DNA of 49,044 nucleotides, filler included, from Catajapyx aquilonaris (Eukaryota), in NCBI GenBank assembly GCA_000934665.2. It is 2 parts of 2 records of this genome, joined end to end, with 100 filler letters (N's around TTAATTAATTAA, not from the genome) between each part and the next. Parts side by side here need not be neighbours in the genome. Positions count along the whole stretch, not along the records: positions 1 to 23,354 come from JYFJ02005700.1; positions 23,455 to 49,044 come from JYFJ02005701.1. One strand, given 5' to 3'. Positions 11,926-24,412 of the stretch are shown here, piece by piece. The notes under the pieces were generated by a model. It saw nothing but the letters and a program-made list of their open reading frames with translations, did not search any database and had not been told where the DNA came from. How positions within the stretch are numbered: position 1 is the stretch's first letter; each line of letters opens with the position of its first letter. The position numbers were made by a program, and so were the translations under genes.

Positions 11926-14900
11926 ATGGAAGAGGAAGCCGGACCACCTGATGCAAAGAGGCAAAAACTTTCACTAAGTAAAGAGGAGGTAATAACAATA
12001 ACAGCTGGTTGTGTCGGGAGATAATTACCATGATAATTATGCATTTCTAGGGGAATATTCTTCCGAAGGAGGTGCTGCTGAAGATATTCGGACACCTGTC
12101 GAAGCCTGACCTGGTGAGGAGTGTGGGCATGGTGTGCAAGTATTGGAAGGAGATTGCCATGGACTCGAGTCTCTGGCACGAGGTTCAGTTGTCGGGGTTC
12201 GTAGGGGATGATCCGGGTCGTGTCACCAAAGTGATAGAGGGGATGACGCAGTTGAAGAGATTCAAGGCCCAGTGGGTTCGGCCGTGTGAGCCGGATGTGT
12301 ACCTGGATGCCATAGGTACGCAGTTGGAAGTGTTGGACTTGGACAGCCTGACGCTTCAAGAGGAGCCTCTCTCTCGGCTTGCAGCTAGATGTCCAAATCT
12401 CAAGCAGGTATGCCTCTGCCGGTCTACTCATCTTAGCATCGTAACGCAACGGAACGCACAGTAACAGGTCTTGCCATTTTCATACAATGCACCGTTCAGA
12501 CCTTCAGACCAAAAACAATTTTTAACGCAGTCAGTTCCTATTCCTATTGCATTTTCTGAACATTTTCCCAATAAGATACGAGAAAAAAATTATATAGTTT
12601 TAAAAGATTGACAAAATTAATGACAAACAACCAACATTAGTACCCAATTGGTGCTACAAAAGCAGAACGGATGAAACCTGAAAATTTAAATACCACTTAA
12701 TGGACCACTAACATAGTCCTCTATCCTCAAAATAATGTTTTATTAAATTCCTCTCAGAAGACAATTAAAGATAAATGAAATTATTTTTGAATGCCACCAA
12801 TCCAGGCATGGGGCTTGCTCCTTCCCTTCTTACCCACTAGCATGGTACCTCGCTATTCTAGATTTTAAACTGAACTGTATACTTAGTGCAAAGCTTGGTG
12901 CAAAGCGCACTTCCTTATGGGTGTACATCAGGTACTTAAAGAAGAGCCACAGCCCATTCAGCTAAAAATAATAATTTCGGATGTCCATTTATATGGGCAT
13001 TTTTGGTCTCAGGAAGAAAAGAAAATTACAAGTTCTCTACAGCAACAAAGATTGTCACAGACACATCCTTTCGTATTCCCTAATGCACATTCCTTGCGAG
13101 TCCCAGGACATTCACTAAAAATCGCACTCTAAATATGAGTAAAAAATTAAAACTTATCAGATGAGCCCCTAGCTTATTCAGCAGCGGCATCCACCATTTT
13201 CATGGGTGATTTAATTTTCGAGGCCCAAGTCAGATATTCGACACTAGGTGGCTACACCATCATATGCACCACCCCCGCCCCCATCCGTACCGTCGTTTTA
13301 AGGTGCATTCACATATCCATGATTCCATATTAGAAGCCGTTCAAAATTCGACCACAATATATTGATTATGCAATTGAATTTTCCATTATAGCATCGTTCC
13401 AAACAAAGGGTCACCAACACACAGCACCGTTCCAAACAAACTGTTACCAACACAGCAGCGTTCCAAACAAAGGGTTGCCAACACACAGCACCGTTCCAAA
13501 CGAAGTGTTACCAACACACAGCACCGTTCAAACAAAGGGTTGCCATTGAACACAGAAGGTTCCAAACAAAGGGTTACCAACCGGTTACCAACACACAGCA
13601 GCGTTCCAAACAAAGGGTTGCCGACACAGCAGCGTTCCAAACGAAGGGTTACCGACACACGGCTGCGTTCCAAACAAAGGGTTACCAACACAGCAGCGTT
13701 CCAAACAAAGGGTTGCCAACACAGAAGGTTCCAAACAAAGGGTTACCAACACACAGCAGCATTCCAAACAAAGGGTTGCCAACACAGAAGGTTCCAAACA
13801 AAGGGTTACCAACACACAGCAGCGTTCCAAACAAAGGGTTACCAACACACGGCTGCGTTCCAAACAAAGGGTTACCAACACAGCAGCGTTCAAAACAAAC
13901 GGTTGCCAACACAGAAGGTTCCAAACAAAGGGTTACCAACCGCACAGCCACTTTCTCAACAAAGGGCTGCCAACATTTTTTTTCCCCATGTGTATGTGTA
14001 TGATTAGCATTGGACATGTTCATCGTGATTATCCAAATGCCTGATTAACGTGACCATTGACATTCCGAGTAATAGAAGTCAGTGCTAATTAATTCTCACG
14101 AACATTAACTATGGTAGCATTTGAAAGGTCGTACATTTCTACACCCGTGCATAGGACAATTTTTTCGAAACTGCAGTGACCGAATAGGAAGGATGGGTGT
14201 GGATGGAACAGAGGGAAGGGTCGATTTGACGGCGGAGACGACCAGTGTTGTTAATGTACGGAAAACGAGAGAACGATCTGCCGTCATCGTTTCTTACATT
14301 GTTGCTTCTTTGTTGACACTGTTGACTCATATTGTTCTGTGGGGGTATTTCCACGAAAACCTTAGTGACGTCAGATCGTTCTCTCATTTTCCGGGAGTCA
14401 GATGACATGTTATGGAGAACTTCGAGTTAGGGAAGTTTATTTCCTATTCTTTTACATTGTGACCAACCAAGCTCATCATTTTCTTCAACTTATAGAGAAC
14501 TTCGACTTAGGGAAGTACGACTTATAGAAGTTTTACTGTATGCATTTTGGATGAAGGATTCTGAACCTGTAGTAATGGAAACACAGAGTATTGTGGGATA
14601 TATTACTAAGTCAAATACTCTCTCCTGCAGGTTTGCATTAGACGTTGCAGCATGGCAGGAGGAAGCCGACATCCGCTGGATATATTCTCACAATGCCCAA
14701 AGCTGCAGTCCATTTCACTTGAAGAAATCAAAGGAACAACTCGTATCGACCCATCGACTCCACGAAGTTGGGATAAATTGGAGGAAGTTGACATCAACAC
14801 AGACCTTCCTTCATCTGATGCGGAAGTGAAAGTACTGGTAGAACGTGTTGGTTCACAGCTGGTTAAGTTGTCTGCAAAGAGACTCCTGGTTCCAAGGTCA

Positions 14901-15512
14901 TACGCACGTATTAGTCAATGTTCAAACTTGCAAGAACTTCACCTGATGCAGAATACAAGCATGACAGACTCTTGCCTCTTGAATGGGCTGTCATCACTTA
15001 AGAATCTCCACAAGTTGTCCCTGCGAGGTGCTTCGTATCTCACTCCAGAAGCTATGCGTCATTTCTTGCAAAGACCATACGAATTCAGGCATCTTAAGTT
15101 TCTGGATCTGTACCATAACCTAGGCATGAATGACAATTGCATGTCCATACTTGCAAATAATTGTCCTCGTCTGACCCATCTGATTCTGGATGGATGTCAA
15201 AGTTTCACATTTGCTGGGCTGAAGAATGCGGTTCGAGATTTATCTGATCTGAGGAAACTGAATGTGATACACAGTAAAGTAAGTACTGTGAATGAAGGTC
15301 AACGAAAAGAGCTGCAAGCATTAAATCCAAGACTTAAGGTTGAATGGAAAGGGTGCACCCTGGCTCCAAGATATTTAGTTTGGAGCCCTCCGTCAACTAG
15401 AAAGTATGAGAACATGTTCCAAAGTGAGAGGGGCCAACGTGCATTGAAATTCGCGTCCATGCGAATGCAACCTGTTGTATGTGTTGAGAAGGTACGTTTC
15501 CATAAGCAATAA
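11926..15512 (+). CDS. F-box/LRR (FBXL-like) protein copy B, about 433 aa
   Basis: Exons 11926-11988, 12051-12407, 14631-15512; same structure and high similarity to copy A; intron 2 is 2223 bp versus 330 bp in A. Confidence 0.9.
13395..13975. repeat. Minisatellite, about 18 units of mostly 30-33 bp
   Basis: Consensus ttccaaacaaagggtt(a/g)ccaacaca(ca)gcagcg with a recurring variant ending cagaagg; lies in intron 2 of F-box copy B and is absent from copy A. Confidence 0.95.
14410..14540. mobile_element. Right end of a pogo/Tigger-like MITE fragment
   Basis: Ends ...ttcgacttagggaagtacgacttatagaagttttactg followed by TA; internal repeat gagaacttcgaSttagggaagt near 14415 and 14495; matching left end not found. 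Confidence 0.4.
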
Positions 15513-17149
15513 TCAGCTCCTTCCAGTATCAGCGCTGATTGGCCATGATCATTTTAGCGGTATCTCAAATAATTTCTGATAATTAGGATTGAATTAATTG
15601 TCACAAGTTGCATGGCTCATAGTCCCTCAAGTGCAATGATCATTGTAAGTGCAATTACTTGAAGTATTGCACTAGGAATAATTTTGTGTACTTAGGTACA
15701 TGGGTTTTTTTAAAATGATGGAGTGATGTTCACGGGGACATGAACGATACACGGTTCAACCTGTGGACAGTTTTGCACTTTTGAGTTTTCATGCTCTTTG
15801 CTGGCATTTTCTCTTTAAAAGGTCGTTTAAGTTTTGTTAGAAATAGTCTCGTGTTTCAATACAGTGATATTGAACCGATAAGGAAGAAAGTCAATCCCTG
15901 CTTATGATTTATTTTGCACCTGATGTTTTGAAGGTCATCCCTCTTCCCCTGTCATTTTTTTTACTTTTAATTTCTTTTGTTCCACCTTAATTGCTTTTTG
16001 TTTTGTGTTCCTGTGATTACCGCAACTAATTAGACATGGGGACATTGGTTGAGCCTACCTTATTTTAAGTTGTTGTTTCATTTGAAATGTACTCATGTTT
16101 TCCAAAATGTCATTATGTTCCAAGTATTATACGATGAGCAGTTCCAACGATAATATTTTGTTTCTCCCACAGTTTTACGTATAACCTTTCATGCACCCCA
16201 CTTAATTTTATTTTTATTTTTTAAATATGTCAAACCAACAATGTTCCTCAGATTACCATTTGTTGGGTGTTACTGATAGTGTGAACCACGACACTTCGTC
16301 GTACTAGTATGCTCATCAGTAAAATGTATTTTGATTGTATTTTTATTCGGTGATTACGCAGGTGATACATGTAATGTTAAAGATGTCATTAAAGCCTGTG
16401 TAAGCTTAATCCCATTAATTGTGACTTGTTCCAAACTGTTACAGCTAGGTCTGCAGGGAGGATCTTATTTGCGAACATTTCTCTTGGCGCTTGCCATGCT
16501 TCCAGCTTCTAATAACAGTGCGATTCACAAAACTATATTTCGCACTCACTATATTACGAAACTAATGCACAGGTGATCAAAAATGCTCATCCAATTATTG
16601 ACATTTTAAAAATATGTTCCGTATCATCATTGCACAGTAGCTTTTAGTGCTTAAAAAAAGTACTAGCTGTTATTATTAGACCAATCTTGTACATTCAAGC
16701 TCTTACTGTCTGATTCATTCTACTCCTGACGCACGTAGAATAAATCGGACATTAATTATCAGATTTGAAAGTGATGCCTCATCAGAGTATCACATGGACG
16801 TAGATAGCAGCACTTGTGAAATGATGACTTAAACTAAAACTCAATTAAAAATTGTGCGCATTCTCACTGAAATTTTTATGCAATTATTCACTTAAACCTG
16901 AAAAGATGATGTTAATCTGTCATTTATAAGCATTGTTGAAGCGGATGTGTTCCTGTTCCCACCCGTTCCCACCTAACTGTTGATTGTGTCTGGAGATGTC
17001 TCCAGAAGTTCTGCGCTAATTTCTGGAGAAAATCAGGTAAAAAACTGGAGACAAACTCCTCCTAATATTTGTGTGGAACTAATTAATGGTCAGTTTGTCT
17101 TTACAGACTGTGTGATTATACCACGTGAGAGCAAGCTTGAGAGGCAGCG

Positions 17150-17426
17150 ATGGAAGCTGGACCTCCTGATGCGAAGAAACAAAAACTATCAATCAGTGAA
17201 CAGGAGGTGATGACACATTGTTGATTGCCTCGCGCGAAATAATCAAAATTGTTCATTTTCAGGGGAATGTTCTTCCAAAGGAGTTGCTGCTCAAGATATT
17301 TGCGTACCTGTCGAATGAGGAGAGTGAGCCATAGGTCCACAGTTGGAAGTGGTGCACTTGAACGACCTGATCCTTCATGACGATCCTCTCTCTGGGCTTG
17401 CAAGGAGATGTACAAATGTCAAGAGG
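17150..17426 (+). pseudogene. F-box/LRR copy C, internally deleted and truncated
   Basis: Exon 1 17150-17206 (MEAGPPDAKKQKLSISEQE). Exon 2 17263-17426 is 164 nt versus 357 nt in A/B; the deletion shifts frame, giving TAG after LPKELLLKIFAYLSNEESEP. No exon 3 before the KLHL10 3' end. Upstream 16790-17150 aligns with A/B upstream regions. Confidence 0.85.
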
Positions 17427-18060
17427 GTATGTACAGTATTTAATGTTCTCATGCTCTGATCAGTGCGGCCTAAACAAACGTGGTAAAGGATCAGGCCTAT
17501 CGAGAGGAATTAATGTGACATCATTTGGCATTTGTGTTATTCTGTATGCACTTTAATAACATGCAAGATCAGTGGGTGTAAACATTTTATTTTAAAAAAA
17601 AACTTGATGACAATAAACACATCAAATTAAATATTCAAATATAAATCCAAAATTTAAAAAAAGTACAAAAAGCGAGAGACAGGCAATAGCTTGGCCATTT
17701 TGTGAGGTCCCAAGTTAGTAAAGCGTTTTGAGAGCTGGTTACTTGAAATTTCGATAGATAGTCTCAATGAGTTAGAAATATCCATACACCGATTTGTTGG
17801 CAAAATTTTGGATTGTAACTGCTGATATTTTGTGTACTATATTTTTATGTTCTGCTCTGCCCACATATTATGTCTGATTGTACATAGCCTGCAATCTAAT
17901 TGATCTGACAGACCACTATTGGGAAAACAGGTTGGCATTTTTCTTGTTGCGCCAAGCTATTTGCCCAACGCATGGCCCTGTCTTGAGCAGAACATTAATT
18001 GCAAAATTAAGTAACTTTGAAAGTGAAAACCAAGTGCGTTGAAAGTGGTGGAACGAGAAC

Positions 18061-20311
18061 TTATGAGGACTGTAGTTCCAGCCGCTTCTCCTCCATGAGC
18101 TGATCGCGTTGGTTGTGCACGTAGTCCAGGATGTTGGGAAGTCCTCGGACCACCGAGGCTGACAGGCCAGAACGTCGTAGGTTCATGTTGGTGCCATCAC
18201 GCCAGTGGTTGCAGCTCTCATAGAAGCACTCGACTCGTGACGTGGTGACTCTGCCGTCCCAGCCTCCCATGACGATGATCATGTCGTCCATCACCACCAC
18301 AGCGCAGTTGGTCCGGGCATAGTGCATGTCTGGGACCGACTGCCAAGCGTTGTTCTCGGGATCATATTTTTCTACACTCCGCAGGTACGTTTCACCGCTG
18401 AATCCACCGATGGCATACACCCACCCGTTGTAGGCCACGCACTTCAGACCTGATCGTGGAGTGCTCATGGCGCGAATAATGGTCCACCTGTCAGCTACTG
18501 GGTCATACACCTCTGCCAAGTCCAGCCTGAGATCCCCGGAGAATCCTCCAGCCACGTATATCTTACTACCGATAGTGGCAGCCCCAACGTCCGACCTTAT
18601 CACGTTCATCGGCGCTATGAAGCTCCACTTGTTGGTCTCGAGCTGGTACTTCTCGACAGTGTTTACTCTGTGCCGCCCATTGTGGCCACCGATGGCATAA
18701 ATTACATTGCCCAGCACCACTACAGTGACGTAGCACCTGTGGACATTTTTTTTATTGCAAAAGTATGAAATTATTTGTATACTGTCAACCCAAGTGCACA
18801 ACACATAATCGGACATACATACAAACGCACATCATTTTAATTTTATACAGCAGATTTATTTGTTTATGTTACTTTGTTCAAGTGTGAGGTTTTTTTTAGG
18901 TTTTGGATTTTGGTATTTCCGGACTTATTTGGCTTTTTGTTGGCTGACAGCAAGGCAAAATGTAAGCTCAAAGTTACTAACCTGGGGGTTTTCATAGGGG
19001 CAATATCCGTCCACTCCTTGGTTACAGCGTCAAAGCAGCGGCAAGATTTGAAGACAGTGTTGTTTAACTGTCCTCCTATGACATATATCTTGTGGCCAAT
19101 GACAGCAGCGGCGTGACATGACCTTGGTCCCTCTGTGTCCATTTCCCCTACCTCCAGCCATCGATCTGCTCGGACATCATACGTCTCGATATAGTCAGTT
19201 TCTCTGTTAGTAATCCACCCTCCGATGGTGAACAGGACATCACTAGGAAGGCGGGGTCGTGCCAGGTATGGTGTGGGCATTGGCTGTTTCCTCACGGTGA
19301 TCATGTCCATGTCATACAAGAACTTGAGCGTGTCGATGATGATAGGACGGCACTCGTCACTTCCCAAGACATAAGGATGAGGCTTGACAATATCCAAGAA
19401 CACACTGGCATCCATGAGCCCTAATCGCACTGCCCTTAGCAATTTGGCCATGTGCACCCGGCGTTCACTCGGATTAACATTGACCCATTTGACCACTGTA
19501 TTCCACACCACCTCCTCATCCTTCACGTTCAGCTCATCCCAAACTGCCAAAAAGAAACTTTGTTACTATCAAACTATCAGATCCATGCACTGTGTTGCAT
19601 ACTGACACAGGATGGTAGTGATCCTCTCGATTGACAACTCAAGCAGCTCTTCGGACTCATCTGCGACTTCTTCAAAGTGTCTCGTCAGGAAAGTCGTTGC
19701 AGCAGTGTGAAGCTTTTGGGCTAGGGGAAAATTGCTGGAAAGAGTCCATCGCATGTACAGTACTAATGGATGAATCTGAGTGGATGCCATTGCAGAGATT
19801 AATCACCATTGACGAACTGACCATACCTTGCAAAGTTCCAGATACCAATGCAGTTTGAGGGATCAATCTGCTTCTGGAGGAAGAGGCAGCAGTGTTGAAA
19901 CAGGCCCTCAAGCTGCAGGTAATCTGCGGCCACCAGCAAATCCTGCACGTTTTCATTAGAGATATTTGCTCGGCGTGTGTACACAAACTCCATAATCAGA
20001 GGCATTGTGTTTGAACTGACACCTTGAATTGTGACGTCCCACTTTTCCCGGTCATAAATTGGCGACAGGAAGAGTGATTGTAGAAATGGGGAGGCAGTTG
20101 CAAGGATGCCTCTGTGGACCTGGAAGACTCCTCCATCGTCGAGGCGAATGATGCCGTCGCACAGCATGCGGTTTGTGTACATGTCATAGTATACGTTTGT
20201 GTCACTGACTGACCTGGCATGCTTTGGTGACTGGTACAGGCTGCGGTTGGTGCTCCTCGTCACTTTCTTCTCCATGGCTAATCTCACTGAGGCTCCTCTT
20301 ATTGCTTCCAT
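18061..20311 (-). CDS. KLHL10: Kelch-like protein 10 (BTB-BACK-Kelch, cullin-3 adaptor), about 616 aa
   Basis: Exons 20311-19827, 19734-19607, 19543-18982, 18736-18061 (1851 nt, phases consistent). BTB LCD..I....G.F.VHR.ILA..SPF; BACK DELNVKDEEVVW; KLHL10-typical CRPIIIDTLKFLYDMDM...TP..ARPR.P..VLF.IGGW...IETYD.RADRW; kelch GG repeats. Confidence 0.92.
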
Positions 20312-20960
20312 GGATAAATCACTGACCTTTTGCTAGTTGAAGTCCTGGCTGCTGGTTATCACAGAGATATAAATCCTTTGAAGATGTATGAGACTCGCTA
20401 TGCTGCGGTGAGTATATCAGGTTTTGACAACAAGTAGCCAATGCATTCTTATGGAAACCATATTTTATTCAAAAATTAAGGATTTGAGGGTGACAATGAA
20501 CGGCTGGACAATACTGAAATAATTACATAGGTGAAGACACTAACTATTGTAGGCTAAGTCACGAAGTAAATCACATTATTTTAGTGAAAGCTGTTTAAAG
20601 CAGACCCTTTGTACAGTATAATTGGACCGTAGTATGCAATAATGTGTCAGGCTGGACTGTCAATTTTTATGTGTTTACGTTAATTCACTTAATGTAAACA
20701 CAAATTGACGTCACAGTAATTAATGATTCAAGTTCGGAAAATATTTTATGCCAAAACCAGAAAAAAGAAACTATTTTTCAGCACTTTATTTCTTCATGCG
20801 AGAGGCCAGCCTGTAGTTGGGTAGGCAGATCAACTGGCAGCAAGGTGACAAAAATATTAAAAGCAATGATAATATAGTGAGTTCTAATGTGTGTCTTTCT
20901 ATAGCTAATGTCTTCTTCTGACCGTGAAATCATGTGCTTGTGAATGCTTAATTAGCCAGC

Positions 20961-23000
20961 TTAATTATTCATTCTCATAATATTTTTTTTAGTTCTGCCC
21001 TTTGCACTAAACTTCTCGACAGCGAAAACCAAAGAGATGCATCCGTAGCTAATGAGCGTTCCCAAGAAGAGACCTTTCATCTGATTGAAGTTCAACGCAA
21101 GGGACGGGGTTGGCAGCAGATACCCCTTGTTTCTGGCCTCTAAAACCTTCATGTCGTACACTACGTCGAGGGTGTACTTGTCATAATATTCCAGCAAACC
21201 GGCTGCTTCCATGCGCAGCATAATGCAGTCAAACCTCGACAAGAGGATGTCATGCTTAGGAACCATAACTGCAAGTGTAAACTTGGTCGCCGTGACATCC
21301 AACCAGGTGAAGGGCAAGTTTCCAACCATGTCCAGGTGTTCATAAGCGGCTCTCAGGATCAAGAACGTGGCACTTAAGCAGGAGAAGTCCTCGGTCAGAG
21401 TCTCCAACACGCATTCCTCGATGGTGTCCTTCATTTCCAGTAGGTCAGCCATTCTTCTGTGACTCTCAAAGTCCGACTCGACCAACAAGGCCTGAGCTAA
21501 TAGCCCATGTCGAGCTAAGCTTCCCCATTTCCATCCATGTCGCGTTGTCAAATCCTCAATGTCGCTGTAACAAGTGTAACAGAATTTCTTTACTACGTGG
21601 CTACGTGGTGGAGCTCAAAGAGAGTATCCGAATTAGTGGACCGAGTGCATCTGGTCGTGGCAAAGCCACAATAACGTTCGTTAGCCTGCTGCTCCACAAG
21701 GCGTATTCTACAGTAATTTTTGCGGTTACATAATCCGCAATTGAAAGGACACCCCACTCAAAAACCAAGTTTGGCTCTAAAAATCGGGCAAAAAATCCTG
21801 AATCCGAAGGTGCAATCCGTTTTTCGCTACACGGAACGGTAATCCCAGGGCGAGGGGTCAAAATGATGAAATTCAAATAGTGCGCTAGAAACTGGCCGTC
21901 CGCTAGCGACGCCCTCGGGACCTTGGGAACTGGAGGGCTGCTCCCGCCTGCCCGCGGCCCATCCCAGAGCGGTGCAGCCCTCCAGTTAACCTGTTCCCCG
22001 CGTGGTGGCGCCCCTCATTAGTAGACGACACACTTTGACACCTCGCCCTGGGACTACCGTTTTGCGTAGCGAAAAACGAATTGCACCTTCGGATTCAGGA
22101 TTTTTTGCCCGATTTTTAGAGCCAAACTGGTGTTTTGAGTGGAGTGTCCCTTTAACTAAAATATCGTACCTGGGAAGATGCTCGCGATCTGGAGTGGCTA
22201 GAAATCCGATGAGTTTGGCTGTGTATCCGCAGGTGATGACCACTGCGAATGTCCACCAGAGCGACAGGAACATCCGGGCAGAGTGTGACCTCGGGACAAG
22301 GTTTGGGTTCTCCTCTATCAGGGTCAACAGGACGTAGGTCAGTGAGTATGGGTACAGGGAAGGAGGTTCCTTGGGAAATGGGTAGGTTACCTTCTTGATG
22401 GTGACCACCAGGAGACGCCAGAGGAATAGACTTCCGATGATGCACGAAATGGCAATGAGAATCCACATTCCAGGGGTGTAAGGTCTGATGATGACATCCC
22501 AGGAGTCGATTATTCGCGGTTGTCGGAAGAGGAATGTTCCGGCTGTTGTGTAGTACGGGTAGCCGTACTCTGTCACTTCCAAGGGTGGAGTGAATGTGAC
22601 GCAGGCAGGACCTATGTCGCATTCTCCGTACAGCACGGCCCCGACCAATCCCATCCACGTTCCGTCGTCCATCTTTGGGTCGGTGGACACTGCATTTTCC
22701 ATTTTGGACACTCGGAAGTCAAAGTTCATGTAGGTGCTCAAATCCAGAAACACGAGCTCAAACACGTAGAGATGTCGTCGCTCGAACATTCGCTGCAAGA
22801 TTGTTGTGTGATCCGCTTCGAAAGCGATGTAGCAAATACCAGAGATGGTTCTCCCGTGGAGGTCAAGGGTCATGTCTGGGAACAGTTGGGTCAACATTGT
22901 GGCGTTTGAGTCGATCTCGACTATCTCAGGCTCCCCGTTGTTGCAGAAGAAGCAGGTTGACGAGAGTGAGGAGGTGTTTGTATCCACCACAAGCTTGTAT
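20961..23000 (-). CDS. Divergent ionotropic receptor (IR/iGluR-like chemoreceptor), 5' end unresolved near the gap
   Basis: Exons 23000-22170 and 21564-20961 joined in phase 2. Motifs LFPD...DLHGR, DGTWMGLVGAV..GECDIG, IIRPY...MW, SHSARMFLSLWW.FAVVITCGYTAKLIGFL, MEAAGLLEYY, L.FNQMKGLF. Confidence 0.85.
21745..22151. mobile_element. Kolobok-like MITE with about 117-bp TIRs in the IR intron
   Basis: Left arm aaggacaccccactcaaaa...gggcgaggggtcaaa is the reverse complement of 22035-22151 with few mismatches; flanked by TTGA/TTAA; internal 14-bp inverted repeat 21928-21941/21974-21987. Confidence 0.8.
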
Positions 23001-23354
23001 CTGAAGAAAAATAATTGGAACTATCGATGAATACGAGAGCAACCAAGTGCGCACCCACACTAGCGCAGCTGTTGTTCTGACAACAACGTTGACATAGATA
23101 TTCCCCATATTAGCCAAATTCACACCCGTAGCATGGAGACGCAAACATTCGATTCGCTCGTCTCTCTGTTTGGGCCGTTGCCAAGGCTGGCCATTTTGAA
23201 GCGGGGGAAACGCCAACGAGGTATGAATAGGGTACAGGCAGGCCGTAAAGGTCCGCCATCTTTGATGGTTTTGGCGGCCATGGCACTTCACGGCAAGAAC
23301 ACGCGCGAATTCGAATGTTTTTGCCGTACTTACGGAATTAATATGTAGAAAAAG

Positions 23355-23454
23355 NNNNNNNNNNNNNNNNNNNNNNNNNNNNNNNNNNNNNNNNNNNNTT
23401 AATTAATTAANNNNNNNNNNNNNNNNNNNNNNNNNNNNNNNNNNNNNNNNNNNN
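23355..23454. other. Artificial scaffold gap (44 N + TTAATTAATTAA + 44 N)
   Basis: Exactly 100 positions with a central six-frame-stop linker, i.e. a contig-joining spacer. Confidence 0.95.
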
Positions 23455-24412
23455 AGCTTGGGGGAAGGAATGCTCAAGATCTGATTTGAAAAAACGTCAT
23501 GACCGGGGGCTGATCGTACATTTAACGATTGAATGCATTTACGGAGCTCCAGGCTGACAGCGGGGCCACTACCTCCAGCTGGAGTTGTCGCTTGAGATCA
23601 GACAGGAGACCCTGCTTAAGGTCCTCCAACAGCGGTTTAAGCGACTCGACAGTCAGGGGTTGAGCCATTAGACCGTCCGTCACGTCCTTATCTCGTGTGG
23701 CAGAGCTCAATCACAGCACGTCCGCTCTATCTCAGCTCTAGAGCGCTTCTCCATTGCATCTGCCATATCAATTTGGGGGCGACTGGGAGATGTGCAAGAG
23801 AGCGCTCTGCCAAACCAGCAACCAGTCAGAATACAGACAAAAATGGGAAAATTCAAATAGCATATATTGTAGCATTGCATTGATTGATCTATTGACACAA
23901 GAAAATCAATTAAAATGTTCACTACATAATCTATTCATTCCACTTTGTCACACATAGTACTGCTCTTCATTATAGTAAATTTAATGTTATCTAATTAGGC
24001 ATGTGCCACCTGTCTCCATGATTTGTCAATTTCAGTGATTGACATTGTGATTGGAAACCAGTGGTTTTTTTTTCTTCCATTAAGCATATTATACATTAGA
24101 GTGATAATGCCACTTCTGCCACTTCCCTAACTTGCCCAACCAACTTGACCCCTCCGTTTTGTTGTTGAGATGTTGGTCAGAACTTGACCTCCTCTCCACA
24201 GCAGGATTCCAAAACCACAATGCTTGTGCTGGGTCCTGGCACTATTTGTGTTGGTGTATCTGTGTGACTTTTGAGTGACCGAATCATTACTCTCCGTCTT
24301 ATGGCTCTGCCAGGCCCTACCAGGATGACCCCAGAACCCAGCAAAATTGTTGTGATTTCAGAATATTGCACCTCTGCATATCAAAAGTATGCTCATGTTA
24401 CGACATTTTCAG

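Noticed and set aside
9164..12449. Antisense ORFs 9164-9592 and 11856-12449
   Set aside because: Shadows of the duplicated F-box exon with no independent motif.
13395..13975. CRISPR-like array or repeat-protein ORFs
   Set aside because: Head-to-tail units with no unique spacers, no cas genes, eukaryotic intron; the ORFs are repeat by-products.
21601..22337. Paired ORFs sharing SEKRIAPSDSGFFARFLEPN
   Set aside because: Translations of the two MITE arms.
23399..23410. TTAATTAATTAA as a biological motif
   Set aside because: Centred in Ns; six-frame-stop assembly linker.
23455..23800. Minus-strand coiled-coil ORF, possibly LINE ORF1
   Set aside because: Short, interrupted, beside a gap, no diagnostic motif.
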